In this document: in pieces, positions 1 to 11,502 of the stretch
Numbering within the stretch: the first letter of the stretch is position 1
How the letters are laid out: every line of letters starts with the position of its first letter
NCBI GenBank assembly: GCA_965226885.1
Contig: CBDDEL010000010.1
Location: 288,001 to 352,000, forward strand
Origin: Opitutales bacterium
GTDB lineage: Bacteria > Verrucomicrobiota > Verrucomicrobiia > Opitutales > UBA2987
Direction of reading: 5' to 3'
DNA length: 64,000 nt
Notes under the pieces: generated by a model
What the model saw: the letters and a program-made list of their open reading frames with translations, nothing else
What the model was told of the DNA's origin: nothing
The model's database searches: none
Position numbers and translations under genes: made by a program

Positions 1-566
1 CGTGCACCGGATTGTCGGTGGCGTCAAAGTCCAGGATGATCTCTTCGGGTTCCTCGGCAAAGGAGCCCATGAACTGTTCGACCAACAGCTCGTTTACCGC
101 AAAGGCCGCCCGCCGATCCTGCCCGTTTTCAAAACGACACAAAGTCGGCGCGCTGGCCAACGTTTCAATGCGCCCCGTTACCGTTTGCTAACAATGGATC
201 GTGGCGCAGGGTATCAAAGTCGTTCAAATCCTCATAGCCCGCCACCAGCCCGTAAACGCGCTGCCGCAGCATCCCCAATACCTCATGGCGTACTTTGCCC
301 TTCTGCCGTTTGTCCACTAACTGTCGGGCCGCTCGTTCGGTCAAGCCCAACTGCCGATCCACTTCCCGGATCAAAAGCAGTCCGGCATCCGAAGTAACCT
401 CTCCGCCCTTGAAATCAACCCGCACACGGCGGCCTTTTACCCTTGTCAACTGTAGCTTTAATTGTTTACCTTTTGTCATCGCTGATATTGCTTTAATTAT
501 TGATCTATCCTGCTGTATATCAGCAGTTAAGCATATCAACGATACTTTTTTTACGAAATATCCGGG
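1..566 (-). mobile_element. IS1380-family element, left (5') part, frameshifted; inserted in an IS5-like transposase
   Basis: Near-identical to the full copies at 32539-34137 and 41984-43550. Terminal GAAATATCCGGG is followed by TTAG. A 1-bp insertion near 189 shifts the transposase frame. Confidence 0.93.
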
Positions 567-1224
567 TTAGCCTCCAAACAGGTGCCGTCGATCAGGCAAA
601 TGGTGGGGTCAATCGGCTTGTCCAATCCCACCTGCCGGGCCAGAAGGGCATCGGCCACCACCTCAGTCAAGGTCCGGTGCAAGGCCCTCAACTGCTCTTC
701 GCTGAAAAACTTCGAGGCCCGCTCCAGGGTGCTTTTGGAGATGCCCCTGATGCCATCGATCTGCCGGACACGGCAAAAGTCGGCCAACAGATCGCTGCTG
801 CCCAGAGCCCGCGACAAATGCCGAAACGAAATCCCTCCGAGCAGACGGCCCAGCGTATCCATGCGCAGTGCCTTGATGGCAAAACTGGCCCGCTGCCGCC
901 GGGCCTTTAGACCCATTGGCGGCCACCCCTCCAAGGCCAGCTCAATGGCCTGCGATTCCACCTCCGAGTCGATCAGCAGCCGATCGATTCGATCAATGGT
1001 GGCGCGGAAGTTATCGTAATCGAGGCACCGGTCGACCACAGTTAAAGCTGGACGCAGGAGGCATTGGATGGCTATATTTTTCATAGAAAGGGCTATATTG
1101 ATTTTCGCTAACTCAATTATAGAACCCTTTTTTGGCCGGATCGAGCAAAAACTTGCTCTTTCCGGCTCTTTTTATCAACGTCATCCAGTTGACTATAAAA
1201 TCTTTATATTTTTGGGACAGCCTC
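567..1224 (-). mobile_element. IS5-like element copy 1, 5' part, interrupted by IS1380
   Basis: Matches the 5' third of the 1817-bp element. Terminal repeat TTTTTGGGACAGCCTC then TA. The transposase is cut at LEAN. Confidence 0.92.
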
Positions 1225-2661
1225 TATTTTACCCATTTGCCAATAATCTTGCTGGCAACTTTGCTCTTGACGGCGGCCCCTGTTGAGGCCGCTTTTGGCG
1301 GCTTGCTCAAACAAGCGGCCAAGCAGGCCGCAAAAAAGAAAGCTGAGCGGGAAGCGGCCAAAGTAGCTGCCAAGGTAATTGAGGAGGCATTGGAAGGGAA
1401 GGAATCCGCCGAGGCCGTCGAACAAAGCGAGAATACAGCGAAAGATTCCGATGATGGCGTGGCCGCTCAAGCGGTCTCTGAAATAAGCAAGGAGATCGCC
1501 AATTCGGCGCAGAAAGCGGCCGGGAATCTCACCCCGTCAGCTACATCCGTGGTGGCATCGGCAAATCCATTTGCGGGGGGCATCCTGGGGGGGCTGATTT
1601 ATGCCAATCCGGAGAAAAAATTTGCCAGGGTGGCGGCCGAAACCCTCAATGTCACTCTGCCCGAAACGATTGATCCGGATACGATTTCTGTGCCCGTCAT
1701 CGATACCGGAAGGAACGGTTTCAACAAAAAAGCGCTGAATATTTTAGGCAAGGCAGACAAAGTTGCGGTGGCTGGATTTCGGGTCGTCTTCATCACCACC
1801 AATTCCGACACGGCGACCTCGGATGGTCGAGCGACCGCTCTTGTCAACAGGGGATTAATGCGTTCCGGGGCAAAAGTGTATAAAAAAGATTCCTCCCATA
1901 CCTTAAACATCCAACTGCTGGGGGTGGAACCTTCCATGATGCAAATGCTCGCAGATGCCGCCTATCAAGACTTTATGATGCGTTTGGAAGAAACCGGAAG
2001 GGAGATCGTTCCTGCCGAAACCATCCTGGCCAATGAAGGATTCAAAAGCCTGAATACCTACGGATTTACAACCGAACATCCTTTTGTCAAAAAAGCCAAG
2101 GTAAGCGAGCCTCACACCTATATTGTTTTCAGCCCCGAAAGCCTGCCGCTTTGGTTCACCCATGCCGATGCCGGCAGCGTTGGCAATGTCGCGCCGATGG
2201 CATTGAAAAATTGGCGAGCGCTCAACCAGCTATCCTTTGACACGGGATCGGTGGTTATTGTCCCTCAAATCACGATCGATTTTGCCAAATTCTCGGCCAG
2301 CGGCCGCCTCAATATTGTCGGTTCTGCAAAAGTGATTGCCGAGCAAGTGATAAGTCTAGTACCCAAGCATACCCAGTTGTATGTTTACCAGGCCAAGGCA
2401 AAAACAGCCGGTCCCCTTGCCACTACCGAGCTGAATAGGGCTGTTGAAATTCACGGAAACTATGCCGCCGGAGAAATGATCAGCAGAAAAAATTTGAACC
2501 TTTCGGATGCGTTCGGAAAATATGGCGACTTTAATTTTAGTTCCAAAGCTGAGCAGGAATACGCTTTCGTGGCCAATCCCGACTCCTACTTGATCCTGGC
2601 CGGGGCGGGCATCCAGGCGGCCAACCAGTATTTTGCCCAAGCAGTTAAATTGAATAGATAA
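1225..2661 (+). pseudogene. Secreted/lipoprotein-like hypothetical protein, 5' end replaced by the IS5-like element
   Basis: Long open frame with a signal-peptide-like stretch (PIILLATLLLTAAPVEA) starting at the IS end. The annotated start lies inside the IS. Confidence 0.65.
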
Positions 2662-2842
2662 AGTATATACTAATCCTACTACTTCTTTCCAGATTCGAAT
2701 TATTGATTCGCAACCTGGACATCTCCCATTGAGGGAGATGGGGACATTTCCTTTAATCGATCCGGCAAGCGTCAATCCAGGGGTGAGGGTTTCCTCATCC
2801 TTGTTTGATCCGGTCGCCATTTAAGCTTATACTCGAATTAGA

Positions 2843-4888
2843 ATGCGTAAAATTTCCACAGTTTTGAATACCTTGATCTGGGGCGCCCTTTCCGTTTGGG
2901 CGGGCCCGGTCTTTATCAATGAAATCCACTACGATAATGCGAGCTTCGATGTGAACGAAGGGGTTGAAATTGCCGGGACTGCCGGGACCAATCTAAATAA
3001 CTGGAGCCTTGCCCTCTACAACGGCAACAACAAAAAGGTTTATGACACCATTGCCTTGATCGGACTTATTCCGCAGGAAAGCAATGGGGCCGGAACGATA
3101 TTTTTTCTCTTCGAACCCCTGCAAAATGGTCCTAACGATGGCATTGCCTTGGTCAATTCCTCCGGCTCTGTGGTCGAGTTTTTAAGCTATGAGGGAACCC
3201 TCCTGGCTCTGGATGGACCCGCCGTTGGATTGACCAGCGTTGATATCGGCGTCGAAGAAAGTAACTCCACAACACCCATCGGCGATTCCCTGCAACTTGC
3301 GGGCACGGGAAACGATTCGACCGACTTTGCCTGGGTAAGTCCTTTGGCTCGCAGTTATGGCGCCATCAATGCCAACCAGACCTTTACCGCCTCGACCACC
3401 GATCTGGCGCCATCGGTATTCGAGACAAACCCTGCCGATGGGGCCGCCAGTGTTTCCGTGGATGCGGATATTGTCGTCACATTCACCGAAACGGTCGATG
3501 CGACCGGCCAATGGTATTCGGTCGAGAGCAGCCTATCGGGGGCGGTATCGGTTCAAGTCACCGGCGGCCCTACGGTTTATACCCTCCAACCGTTGATCGA
3601 TTTTGCGGAAGGGGATACGATCACAGTAACCGTTTTCGGTGATAACGTTGAGGACCTCGATGGCGATGCCGACAACATGGCCGCGGATTTCAACTGGAGC
3701 TTCATAGTGTTCGACAGCTCGCAATTCCAGATCGATCCGATTCCTGCCGGCTACTATTCCACGGCCGAGGGAAAAACCGGAACGGATCTGGCCGACGCCC
3801 TGCATGACGTCATCGAGGGCCATACGGTGGTCTCCTACGATCTGGCCGATGAGGCCTTTCAGATGATGCTTGACCTCGATCCTTTCAGCCAGGGAAACGT
3901 TGTTTTGATCTACTCCCGTGCCCCCGCTGCCTTTGGCGATTTTCCCAGTGTATGGAACCGTGAGCACCTGTGGGCGCGTTCCCGCGGACTCGATGATTCG
4001 GGGGCGGATCATGCCGATCTTTTCAACCTCAGGCCGAGTTATGCCTCCATTAACAGCAGCCGAGGCAACCTCATTTTTGACGATAGCGATCCGGGCGATT
4101 CCGCTTATCTTCCCCCCGGTTCATTCGTGCTGGCCCCGGAAGTGTCCCGCGATGCGGATTCCTGGGAGCCGCCCGACAGCGTGAAGGGAGAGATCGGCCG
4201 GGCCATGTTTTACATGGCGGTGCGGTATGATGGCAGCGATTCCTCGACCCAGGACCTGGTTTTAAACAACGATCCCCAATTTATCAGTGGCAACTTTATC
4301 CCCCAAATGGGAATTTTGGATACCTTGCTGGACTGGAATCGCGAGCATCCCGTGACCGATGCCGAACGCCTTAGAAACCAGAAAATCTACAATGATTTTC
4401 AGGAAAACCGAAATCCATTCATCGACTATTCGGAGTTTGTGGACGTTATATATACGGCCGATCTATTCATCACGGAAGGTTCCTGGAAAGTAACGCACTT
4501 TACCCTCAATGAAATATTGGATGCCGACATCTCGGGCAGGGACGCCGATCCCGATAATGAAGGGGTTAAAAATTTACTCGAATTGGCTTTTAATATGAAC
4601 CCCAAAGCGCCGGATCTGGAGCATTTGCCGCAGATAGTTTCAAATGAAAATGGCGTTCCAGTTTTTAACTACCGGAGGCTTTCCAACCTGGAAAAATCCG
4701 GTCTCGAATACACGTTGCAATACACGGACGATTTATCGGTGGAAGGTGGCGGATGGGTCGCCCTGGACCTGCAACAGGTTGTTGTTACTGAGACGCCCAT
4801 GGGAATGACGATCCAGGTTGATGTGGAAGATTCCACTTTTATTCCTGGAACAACCGCTGCCCGGTTCTATCGTCTGGTGGTTGATTGA
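2843..4888 (+). CDS. Extracellular nuclease: lamin-tail domain + Ig-like domain + endonuclease I (Bsn-type) + C-terminal secretion/anchor-like domain
   Basis: VFINEIHYDN (LTD), WNREHLW, GEIGRAMFYMAVRYDG, RNPFID; ends DADPDNEGVKNLLE...RFYRLVVD. Confidence 0.88.
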   Translation: MRKISTVLNTLIWGALSVWAGPVFINEIHYDNASFDVNEGVEIAGTAGTNLNNWSLALYNGNNKKVYDTIALIGLIPQESNGAGTIFFLFEPLQNGPNDGIALVNSSGSVVEFLSYEGTLLALDGPAVGLTSVDIGVEESNSTTPIGDSLQLAGTGNDSTDFAWVSPLARSYGAINANQTFTASTTDLAPSVFETNPADGAASVSVDADIVVTFTETVDATGQWYSVESSLSGAVSVQVTGGPTVYTLQPLIDFAEGDTITVTVFGDNVEDLDGDADNMAADFNWSFIVFDSSQFQIDPIPAGYYSTAEGKTGTDLADALHDVIEGHTVVSYDLADEAFQMMLDLDPFSQGNVVLIYSRAPAAFGDFPSVWNREHLWARSRGLDDSGADHADLFNLRPSYASINSSRGNLIFDDSDPGDSAYLPPGSFVLAPEVSRDADSWEPPDSVKGEIGRAMFYMAVRYDGSDSSTQDLVLNNDPQFISGNFIPQMGILDTLLDWNREHPVTDAERLRNQKIYNDFQENRNPFIDYSEFVDVIYTADLFITEGSWKVTHFTLNEILDADISGRDADPDNEGVKNLLELAFNMNPKAPDLEHLPQIVSNENGVPVFNYRRLSNLEKSGLEYTLQYTDDLSVEGGGWVALDLQQVVVTETPMGMTIQVDVEDSTFIPGTTAARFYRLVVD

Positions 4889-4966
4889 GGCTATGATCCG
4901 CGCTTTAAATAATTGTAACGAAATGAAATGAAGTGAAGCCTATACCTATATGATTATAATAATACC

Positions 4967-5218
4967 ATGAAGGAAGACTCTAACGATCCAAAAACGAAAA
5001 TCGCTCAATCGTCTGTGTTGACCGTCATCGGCCAGCATCCCGTCATGGCGGTTGTTTTGGTTAGCTTTACAATTTTGGGGGCCGTCGCGGGTTATTTCCT
5101 ATTGACAGGCGAATGGTCCGTTCTTCGGCGGATTGCGGGGGGCGCCATCGGTGGTTGTGGAGTCGGTTTTCTGCTCACCGTATCTCGAATGATAGGGGCC
5201 TGGAAAGGCGAATTATAG
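4967..5218 (+). CDS. Small two-TM membrane protein
   Basis: 83 aa with two hydrophobic helices. Confidence 0.6.
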   Translation: MKEDSNDPKTKIAQSSVLTVIGQHPVMAVVLVSFTILGAVAGYFLLTGEWSVLRRIAGGAIGGCGVGFLLTVSRMIGAWKGEL

Positions 5219-5232
5219 CGCTGGTATTAACC

Positions 5233-6543
5233 CTAATTGCGATCTTTTTTAATCTTTCTGTGGACGCCGTTTTTGTCTCCGTAGGGCAGCGGTTTAGGAT
5301 CCAGCATTGCGACCAGTTTTTGCCTGATTGCCGAGGCGCAGAAAACGTTCCCCCTTGGGTTGTAGTGGCCGATGTAGTAACGCTCAAGATATTCCTTAAC
5401 GCCAAGTTTGAACTGGGAAAACTCCTTTTGATGGGCCTCCAATAAGTCGATATAGGGCAGTTTTTTTCGATTCATGTAATCGACAAATGTTTGATCGGGG
5501 CGGGCTCCGTTCTCCAAATATTCAGCCAGGTAGCGCGCGGGATAAGAAAGGACGTAGAGGACTTTTTTATCGTGATTTTGGGCAAAGGCTTCGATCTTGT
5601 CGACCATGGGCCGGGAAGAGAAATAGGCGGCTTTTCGATGCAGGTCGCTGGCTGTCCGGTCGAGGGCTTGGCTGGAATCGATGCTCGAAACCACGCCGTG
5701 GGTGGTGGCCAGTTCCATGATATCGGCAAAGGCCTGGGCGGGGTTGCCGCTTTTTGCGTTCAGATGAGCGACAATGATTTTTAAAACGAGGTTGTCTTTA
5801 AAGGTTTCGTAAACCCAATCAAAATCGGTTAGATGGTAAACGCTTTGAGGCGTAGGGCAGGGATTGGGCTCCTCCGAAATCGATTCTTCCCTCGGATTGA
5901 CTTTCAAATAAGGAAGCGTCGGTTCGATAAACAGGTTGTGTTTGCGTGCCCGGATATTTCTCCAAGCGTCGAGGTTGCGAAAATGATCGTCTTCGTAAAT
6001 GTTGAACAGTATCATCCTGGCGGGATTGCGCTTTTCCTCTTTCAACATTCGCAGGTAGGCCTGGTAAACCGACCAGCCCCCCACGCCGAAATTTCTGACC
6101 GGTTCGAGCAAATGCGCTGCCAGGACCTCCTGCCATGTCTCGGCATCGTTCACCTGATGGCATTGTGTAAAGCTGTTGCCATAGGTGTTGATGCGGCAGG
6201 GCTGGTCGGCGTAATTGAGAAGAATTCGTTCGTCTAATGCACCAAAGGTATAGGTGCAAATGGAATTGTCCACGCCGTCCACGAACCGTCCGCTGCGCAG
6301 CAACCAACCGAATTCACTGCTGTATTTTGCAAAAGGAAAAGCTTTCCCCGCCAGCCAGTCGTCCACCTCCTGCCGGGAATAAAGAATGCTCCGCAAAAAC
6401 GATTCAGTCGTCACCGGTTGGCTGCTTTTCATGATCGGGTCTGAACTTGGGGTATTATTTCTGTTATCGGCAGAATAAGCGCGAGCTGACTGCACTCCAA
6501 GACCAGCCAAGGCGCTTTTTTTCAAAAATTCCCTACGACGCAT
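5233..6543 (-). CDS. Tat-exported SGNH/GDSL-like hydrolase-fold protein
   Basis: MRRREFLK twin-arginine signal; YGNSFT, NFGVGGWS and C-terminal GHYN motifs. Confidence 0.7.
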   Translation of the reverse strand: MRRREFLKKSALAGLGVQSARAYSADNRNNTPSSDPIMKSSQPVTTESFLRSILYSRQEVDDWLAGKAFPFAKYSSEFGWLLRSGRFVDGVDNSICTYTFGALDERILLNYADQPCRINTYGNSFTQCHQVNDAETWQEVLAAHLLEPVRNFGVGGWSVYQAYLRMLKEEKRNPARMILFNIYEDDHFRNLDAWRNIRARKHNLFIEPTLPYLKVNPREESISEEPNPCPTPQSVYHLTDFDWVYETFKDNLVLKIIVAHLNAKSGNPAQAFADIMELATTHGVVSSIDSSQALDRTASDLHRKAAYFSSRPMVDKIEAFAQNHDKKVLYVLSYPARYLAEYLENGARPDQTFVDYMNRKKLPYIDLLEAHQKEFSQFKLGVKEYLERYYIGHYNPRGNVFCASAIRQKLVAMLDPKPLPYGDKNGVHRKIKKDRN

Positions 6544-6615
6544 TCTTCAACTTATGGCCATTAGCAGCCGGAAACAATCAGAAATAGCGGCGCAGTTCAA
6601 TTTTTTCGTTAGGCT

Positions 6616-7593
6616 TTACTCGACTGTGCTTTGGAATTTGGCCATTAGGTAGGCGCCTGCGGTGACGGGTGGGTATTTTGGCTTTTCTCCTTCTTTCAGG
6701 CAGGTGGGTATGCAGGCGATTTGCGCGTCCCAATTGGGCATGTGGAAAAACGCCATTGATTGGCGGCGGGGGAGAACCTGCACGGAATTTTGCGGAGCTT
6801 TTACCCGGTGCAGGGTGGATACCCAATGGTCGTTGGTCCAGGTCGATAGCATGTCCCCGATGTTGACGGCAAAGGCTCCGGGGATTACGGGCACTTCCTG
6901 CCATTCTCCTTTCGGGGTAAATATTTCCAGGCCGCAGGAACCTTCTTCGGGCAGGAGTATGGTGAGGCTTCCATAATCCGAATGGGCGCCGGCCCTTTGC
7001 TGGCCTTTTTTTGGTGGATTGCGGTTTTCGGGGTAATTGATGGCCCGCATGGCGCTGGCCGGGGTGTCGATATAGGGATCGAAATAATTCTCCGGCAGGT
7101 CTAGCGCGAGGGCGAATATTTTCATGATAGTGGCCCCTAGATCGCTCAATACCCTGAAGTAAGAGATGAAGGCATCTTTCAGTTCGGGTGGATTTTCCGG
7201 CCACAGGGTTGGTGAATAGGTAAATTTAGCCCCTGGCGCGTCTTCTAAATTGTCCGGGCGTTGGAGAGGGCCCATGTTGAGTGTTTCCTTGAGATCGGGC
7301 GGCGTGTCCACGCCCCGGGATTTGGCCAGGGCCTCCACCGCAAAGGGGATATAGCCGTAGGGATTGCCCCCATCGAGAGCCTTGTTTTTCAGCTTTTCCT
7401 CCGGGGGAAGGTCGAAAAACCGCCGGGCTGAATTCCACGCGGGGTCAATGGTGGTTTTATTTATCCGATGTCCCGTTATGGCTAGAAATCCGGTTTCCCG
7501 GCAAATGGAATCGACCCGCTTGGCCAGTGCCATCTTGTCAACACTGTCACCATTAGAAAATGGAGATATATCAACAATCGGAAAAAAACTCAT
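6616..7593 (-). CDS. Isopenicillin N synthase-family 2OG-Fe(II) oxygenase
   Basis: FPIVDIS, HSDYGSLTIL, NIGDML, STLHRV and RQS motifs. Confidence 0.92.
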   Translation of the reverse strand: MSFFPIVDISPFSNGDSVDKMALAKRVDSICRETGFLAITGHRINKTTIDPAWNSARRFFDLPPEEKLKNKALDGGNPYGYIPFAVEALAKSRGVDTPPDLKETLNMGPLQRPDNLEDAPGAKFTYSPTLWPENPPELKDAFISYFRVLSDLGATIMKIFALALDLPENYFDPYIDTPASAMRAINYPENRNPPKKGQQRAGAHSDYGSLTILLPEEGSCGLEIFTPKGEWQEVPVIPGAFAVNIGDMLSTWTNDHWVSTLHRVKAPQNSVQVLPRRQSMAFFHMPNWDAQIACIPTCLKEGEKPKYPPVTAGAYLMAKFQSTVE

Positions 7594-7683
7594 AATTCCA
7601 AAAATGAATACTATTTATTGGTATACTGCAAAAGTAATAAGCACCCGACCAATATTCAGGGTAGAATTATTTCTTTCACAGGG

Positions 7684-8928
7684 TTAAAAATAGCGGCGTA
7701 TTTCTATTTGCAGGAAGTTGTCTTTGCGGAGTGAGTAGGTGGGGTCGTTGGGGGCTGATCGGTGGAAGGATTGCCCTTCGATGATAAGTTTGTATTTGCT
7801 CCCGATGCGGCGCTCGAATTCGGCGCGGAGAGATGTTGCGCCGTTGTCGGGATCGTAAATGACTCCGCCCAGGAAGGAGGTGTCCCGCTCGTCGTTGAAG
7901 GCCAGACGGGCGCCGCTGAAGATGTCGTGGTTGAATGGGGTGTCGGCCCTGTCGCCACGGCTGTCGTAATGGTATTCGGCGATGGTGCCAATATCCATGC
8001 TGGAGCCGAAAACTCCGTAAAAAGTGTATTCAAAACCTCCCGTAAAAGCCTCGAAATTCTGGTGTTGGCCGGAGCAGGAGATGCCTTCAAATTTTAGCAA
8101 CCAGCCGCCAGTGGTATATTGCAGGTCGAGGCCAACCTGCTGGATGAGAAAGTAGGCCGGACGGAGAAAAATCTCCCCATTGGGCCGGGCATCGGGTATG
8201 AATACGGGATCCCTGCCGGTGCCGTTAAAATAGGAGAGGCCGACATCGATATTTCCGAAATAGTTGGCATAACGGAGAGCGAAATCAGGATGCCATTGCT
8301 CGGAGGAAGATTCGTAGATGGGGCGGCCGGTGTCCACCTCCGGTTGAGAGCGCAAACGGCCTTCGGGGCCTGGAAAGGTGCGTTCCCGGAAATAGGGAAG
8401 GAGGTAAAAATCGAAGGTTCCCCAGTTGGATGGAATACTAAGGTTGACCATGGGCTGGCCCAATTTTTCCTCCCCGTCGATGTTTTCCACGAGGTCGGTC
8501 TGATTGATGATATCTACCAGGTGGCGCGATTCGGTGACGCCCCAGAACACTTTGCCCACGCCGACTCGAAGCTCCCAAGCGTCGCTGATTTTTTGAAAAT
8601 AAAATTCCCGAAGATCGAAATGGGAGCGGTCGGGATCGGAGGTGTCGAGGCGGAAGTATGGAGTGGCGGTGAAGGAAAGGTCGCGGTTTTCCGATTCCTT
8701 GAAGAGTTCAATCTCCAAACTTAGAGAAGCGGAAGCCCTGCCGGACTGTCGATCGTCCAGGGGTTTTTTTGCGAAACCCCGAATTTCGCTTCCCACATAA
8801 CCGGTGGCCTCCCAGTTCTCGAAAAAAGCGGCATTGAGCACGGGGCTGGAGAACGCCAACCCCAAACTCAAACCCAACCCCGCAAGCCTGAGACCCTTTC
8901 GGGTAAAATATTGATCGTTAGCGGACAT
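7684..8928 (-). CDS. Outer-membrane beta-barrel protein of the MMPL/LolA cassette
   Basis: Signal peptide, WGVTESRHLVDIINQTD, C-terminal Phe; overlaps the LolA-like gene stop. Confidence 0.8.
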   Translation of the reverse strand: MSANDQYFTRKGLRLAGLGLSLGLAFSSPVLNAAFFENWEATGYVGSEIRGFAKKPLDDRQSGRASASLSLEIELFKESENRDLSFTATPYFRLDTSDPDRSHFDLREFYFQKISDAWELRVGVGKVFWGVTESRHLVDIINQTDLVENIDGEEKLGQPMVNLSIPSNWGTFDFYLLPYFRERTFPGPEGRLRSQPEVDTGRPIYESSSEQWHPDFALRYANYFGNIDVGLSYFNGTGRDPVFIPDARPNGEIFLRPAYFLIQQVGLDLQYTTGGWLLKFEGISCSGQHQNFEAFTGGFEYTFYGVFGSSMDIGTIAEYHYDSRGDRADTPFNHDIFSGARLAFNDERDTSFLGGVIYDPDNGATSLRAEFERRIGSKYKLIIEGQSFHRSAPNDPTYSLRKDNFLQIEIRRYF

Positions 8929-9799
8929 TGCGCAGGGTGTCGCGCTCGAAGTCGCGATCCTTGAAACCTTGGGTGAATTCATAACCGTCCCATTCCAGAA
9001 GGGTGCTCTTGCCCGTCTGGTGGTTGACCATGTTGAATTTCTCCGCCCTCCAGAAGCCATTCCCATTCCCATAGAGGTTGAAGTTGTGCTGGGTGAGGGT
9101 TTTCAACAGTTCGCCTTTGCGATCGTAATAATCGATCTTGAGGCTTCGGTATTCCTCCTTGTCGTACCAGGCCACCTGCCTTGTGTAGCCCGAATTGGGA
9201 TCGACCGGGTAGCGCTCGACAACGTAGCTGCTTTTGCCGTCAAGAACCTCTTCGCGGAGGTATTTGTAAGTGTATTTTTCCACCTCCTGAGAAGAGAGGT
9301 CTTCGTAGGAGAATTCGCTGCCCACGAAGGGGCCGGATTTGTTGTTGGCGGAAATGCGCTTCACCCTTTTCAAGGCGGGCAAGTAGAGCCATTGGTCGTC
9401 ATTGCCGACAATCTGGGTGTGGACGAGAAAAGCGGTTCCTTTGACGTCGCGCGGATAGTCGAAAACGATGAGATTTTTATCGCCCGCATCGAGCTGTTCG
9501 AGGGAGCGAAAACGCATTTGCCTTGAGCTGGAATCGCCGTGGCGGTTGCGCAGAATCATTTTGGCATCGGCAGCCCAGTCTCCCCAACCGGAGTCCCTGG
9601 CTTCGACCGCTTCCGCAATGGCGAGGCCTTTTTCGGCGGGAGATTGTATTTTATCGATGGTGGGTTCGGCAATGTCCGCCAAGGCCAGGTTTCCCGACAA
9701 GAGGAGGGTGAGGGCGAACGGCAGGATTTTGTTGCTAACCCGGCCGTGGCGGCTGGATGGATTGGCGATTGAATTATAAGGTGATAGGTTCGTTTTCAT
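8918..9799 (-). CDS. Outer-membrane lipoprotein-sorting (LolA-like) protein
   Basis: DDQWLYLPALKRVKRIS and FVGSEFSYEDL motifs. Confidence 0.88.
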   Translation of the reverse strand: MKTNLSPYNSIANPSSRHGRVSNKILPFALTLLLSGNLALADIAEPTIDKIQSPAEKGLAIAEAVEARDSGWGDWAADAKMILRNRHGDSSSRQMRFRSLEQLDAGDKNLIVFDYPRDVKGTAFLVHTQIVGNDDQWLYLPALKRVKRISANNKSGPFVGSEFSYEDLSSQEVEKYTYKYLREEVLDGKSSYVVERYPVDPNSGYTRQVAWYDKEEYRSLKIDYYDRKGELLKTLTQHNFNLYGNGNGFWRAEKFNMVNHQTGKSTLLEWDGYEFTQGFKDRDFERDTLRNVR

Positions 9800-10250
9800 A
9801 GGTAAGTGTTCCTTTAATAGATTCCAGTTTTTGAGTTTGTGATTTTTTACGATCGAAAGTGAGAAGCAGGGCGGGCAGGAAGAGGAAATCGGCAATCAGG
9901 GCGAAGGCGATGACGATGGCCGTTAGCTGGCCCATCCAGGCGTTGAGCCGGAAGGTGGAAAGGCTTAATATGGCGAATCCCACCACAAGTATGATTGTGG
10001 TGTAGACAAGCGCCTCACCCACCCGGTTGAAGGCGAACCTGACGGCATCTTCGGCATCAAGATTATGCTCACGGCGGCCCCTCAGGTACTTGCTTAAAAA
10101 GTGCACCGTATCGTCCACCACGATGCCGAGGGTCATGCCGGTGACAGCGGACAGTGAGAGGCCCATTTCGCCAATGAGCATTCCCCAAAGACCAAACCCA
10201 AGAATGGCCGGCACGAAGTTGGGGACGAGGCTGATGAACCCATATCGGCT

Positions 10251-10330
10251 ACTACGCAGGGCAATTGCCAGTATGAATGAAATGAGAAGGACTACGCAGG
10301 GCAATTGCCAGTATGAATGAAATGAGAAGG
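10251..10330. repeat. Perfect tandem duplication, 40 bp x2
   Basis: ACTACGCAGGGCAATTGCCAGTATGAATGAAATGAGAAGG twice. Confidence 0.97.
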
Positions 10331-11452
10331 ACAGCGAGGGCCGTTCCGGTGAGCATGCCCTTGATGTTGCGCTCGGAAAGGTGGGCGAACATGACCGAAG
10401 GGCTGGTGGCCTCCGCCTGCATGATCTCCGGAAAATTCTCCTTTTGCCAGAGTTCGGCCCGGTCCATGAGTGCCCTCATTTTCTGGGTCGAAATATTGGC
10501 CAGGACGACGGTCAAGCGTGAGGCCGACTTGTCCACGTTTATCACGTTGTTCACATCGAGGCCGTAAGGCAGGGACATTTCGTAAAGAAGAAGGTATTGG
10601 GCGGCCAGGTTTCGTTCGTCCGGGATGCGATACCAGGAGGGGTCGTCGCCGTGCATGTTTTTATTGAGCTTTTTGAGGGTGTCCGAAAGGGTGACCACCT
10701 GCTGCACTCCGGGCTGCTCCCGATACCAATGAGTAAAGGCATCGAGGCCCTCGAGGTAAGAAGGGTTGCTGATGCCGCTGGATTCGCCGGAGGGGATCGA
10801 ATACTCGATGCTGTATATACCGGTCAGGTTATCCATGGAATAATCGGTATCCTGCCGGAAAGTGGTATCGGTGCTGAAGTATTCGACCCACTGGTCGTTG
10901 AGTTCGATGCGGGTCAGAAAAAACGCCAGCAGAGCGGTAACTGCGACCGAACCCCAAAGAAAGACCGGCCTATTCCGAATAAGGGCGTTGGCCAGGCCAT
11001 CCATCCAGACCGGCGTTTCCCTTTTGTGTTTGCCAGCCTTAACGGGTAGCAAGGACATTAATGCGGGCAGGAAAAATATGGTGAATAACCAGGCCGCCCC
11101 CACTCCCATGGCGACCACGTTGCCGAGATGGCGGAAAGGCGGCGAGTCGCTGAAATTCATGCTCAGGAAACCGATGGCGGTTGTCAGGGAGGTGAGAAAG
11201 AGCGGTTGGAAATTAGTCCTTACGCTTTCCACTATTGCATCCCTACGGGTACGCCCGCGGCCCATCTCCTTGAAAAATGTGACCAGCAGATGGATGCTGT
11301 CGGCCACCGCCAGGGTCATGATCATGGTTGGCGCGGTGGAGACTATGGGGGACAGCGGGATGCCCAGCCAACCCATCAGGCCCATGCCGGTGATGACGGA
11401 GAAGAAGATCATCATAACAGCCCCGAAGGTGCCCGCCACCGAGCGCAAGAGG

Positions 11453-11502
11453 AGGGCCATGACAGTGAAAATGCCTAAGGGCCATGACAGTGAAAATGCC
11501 TA
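11453..11502. repeat. Perfect tandem duplication, 25 bp x2
   Basis: AGGGCCATGACAGTGAAAATGCCTA twice. Confidence 0.97.
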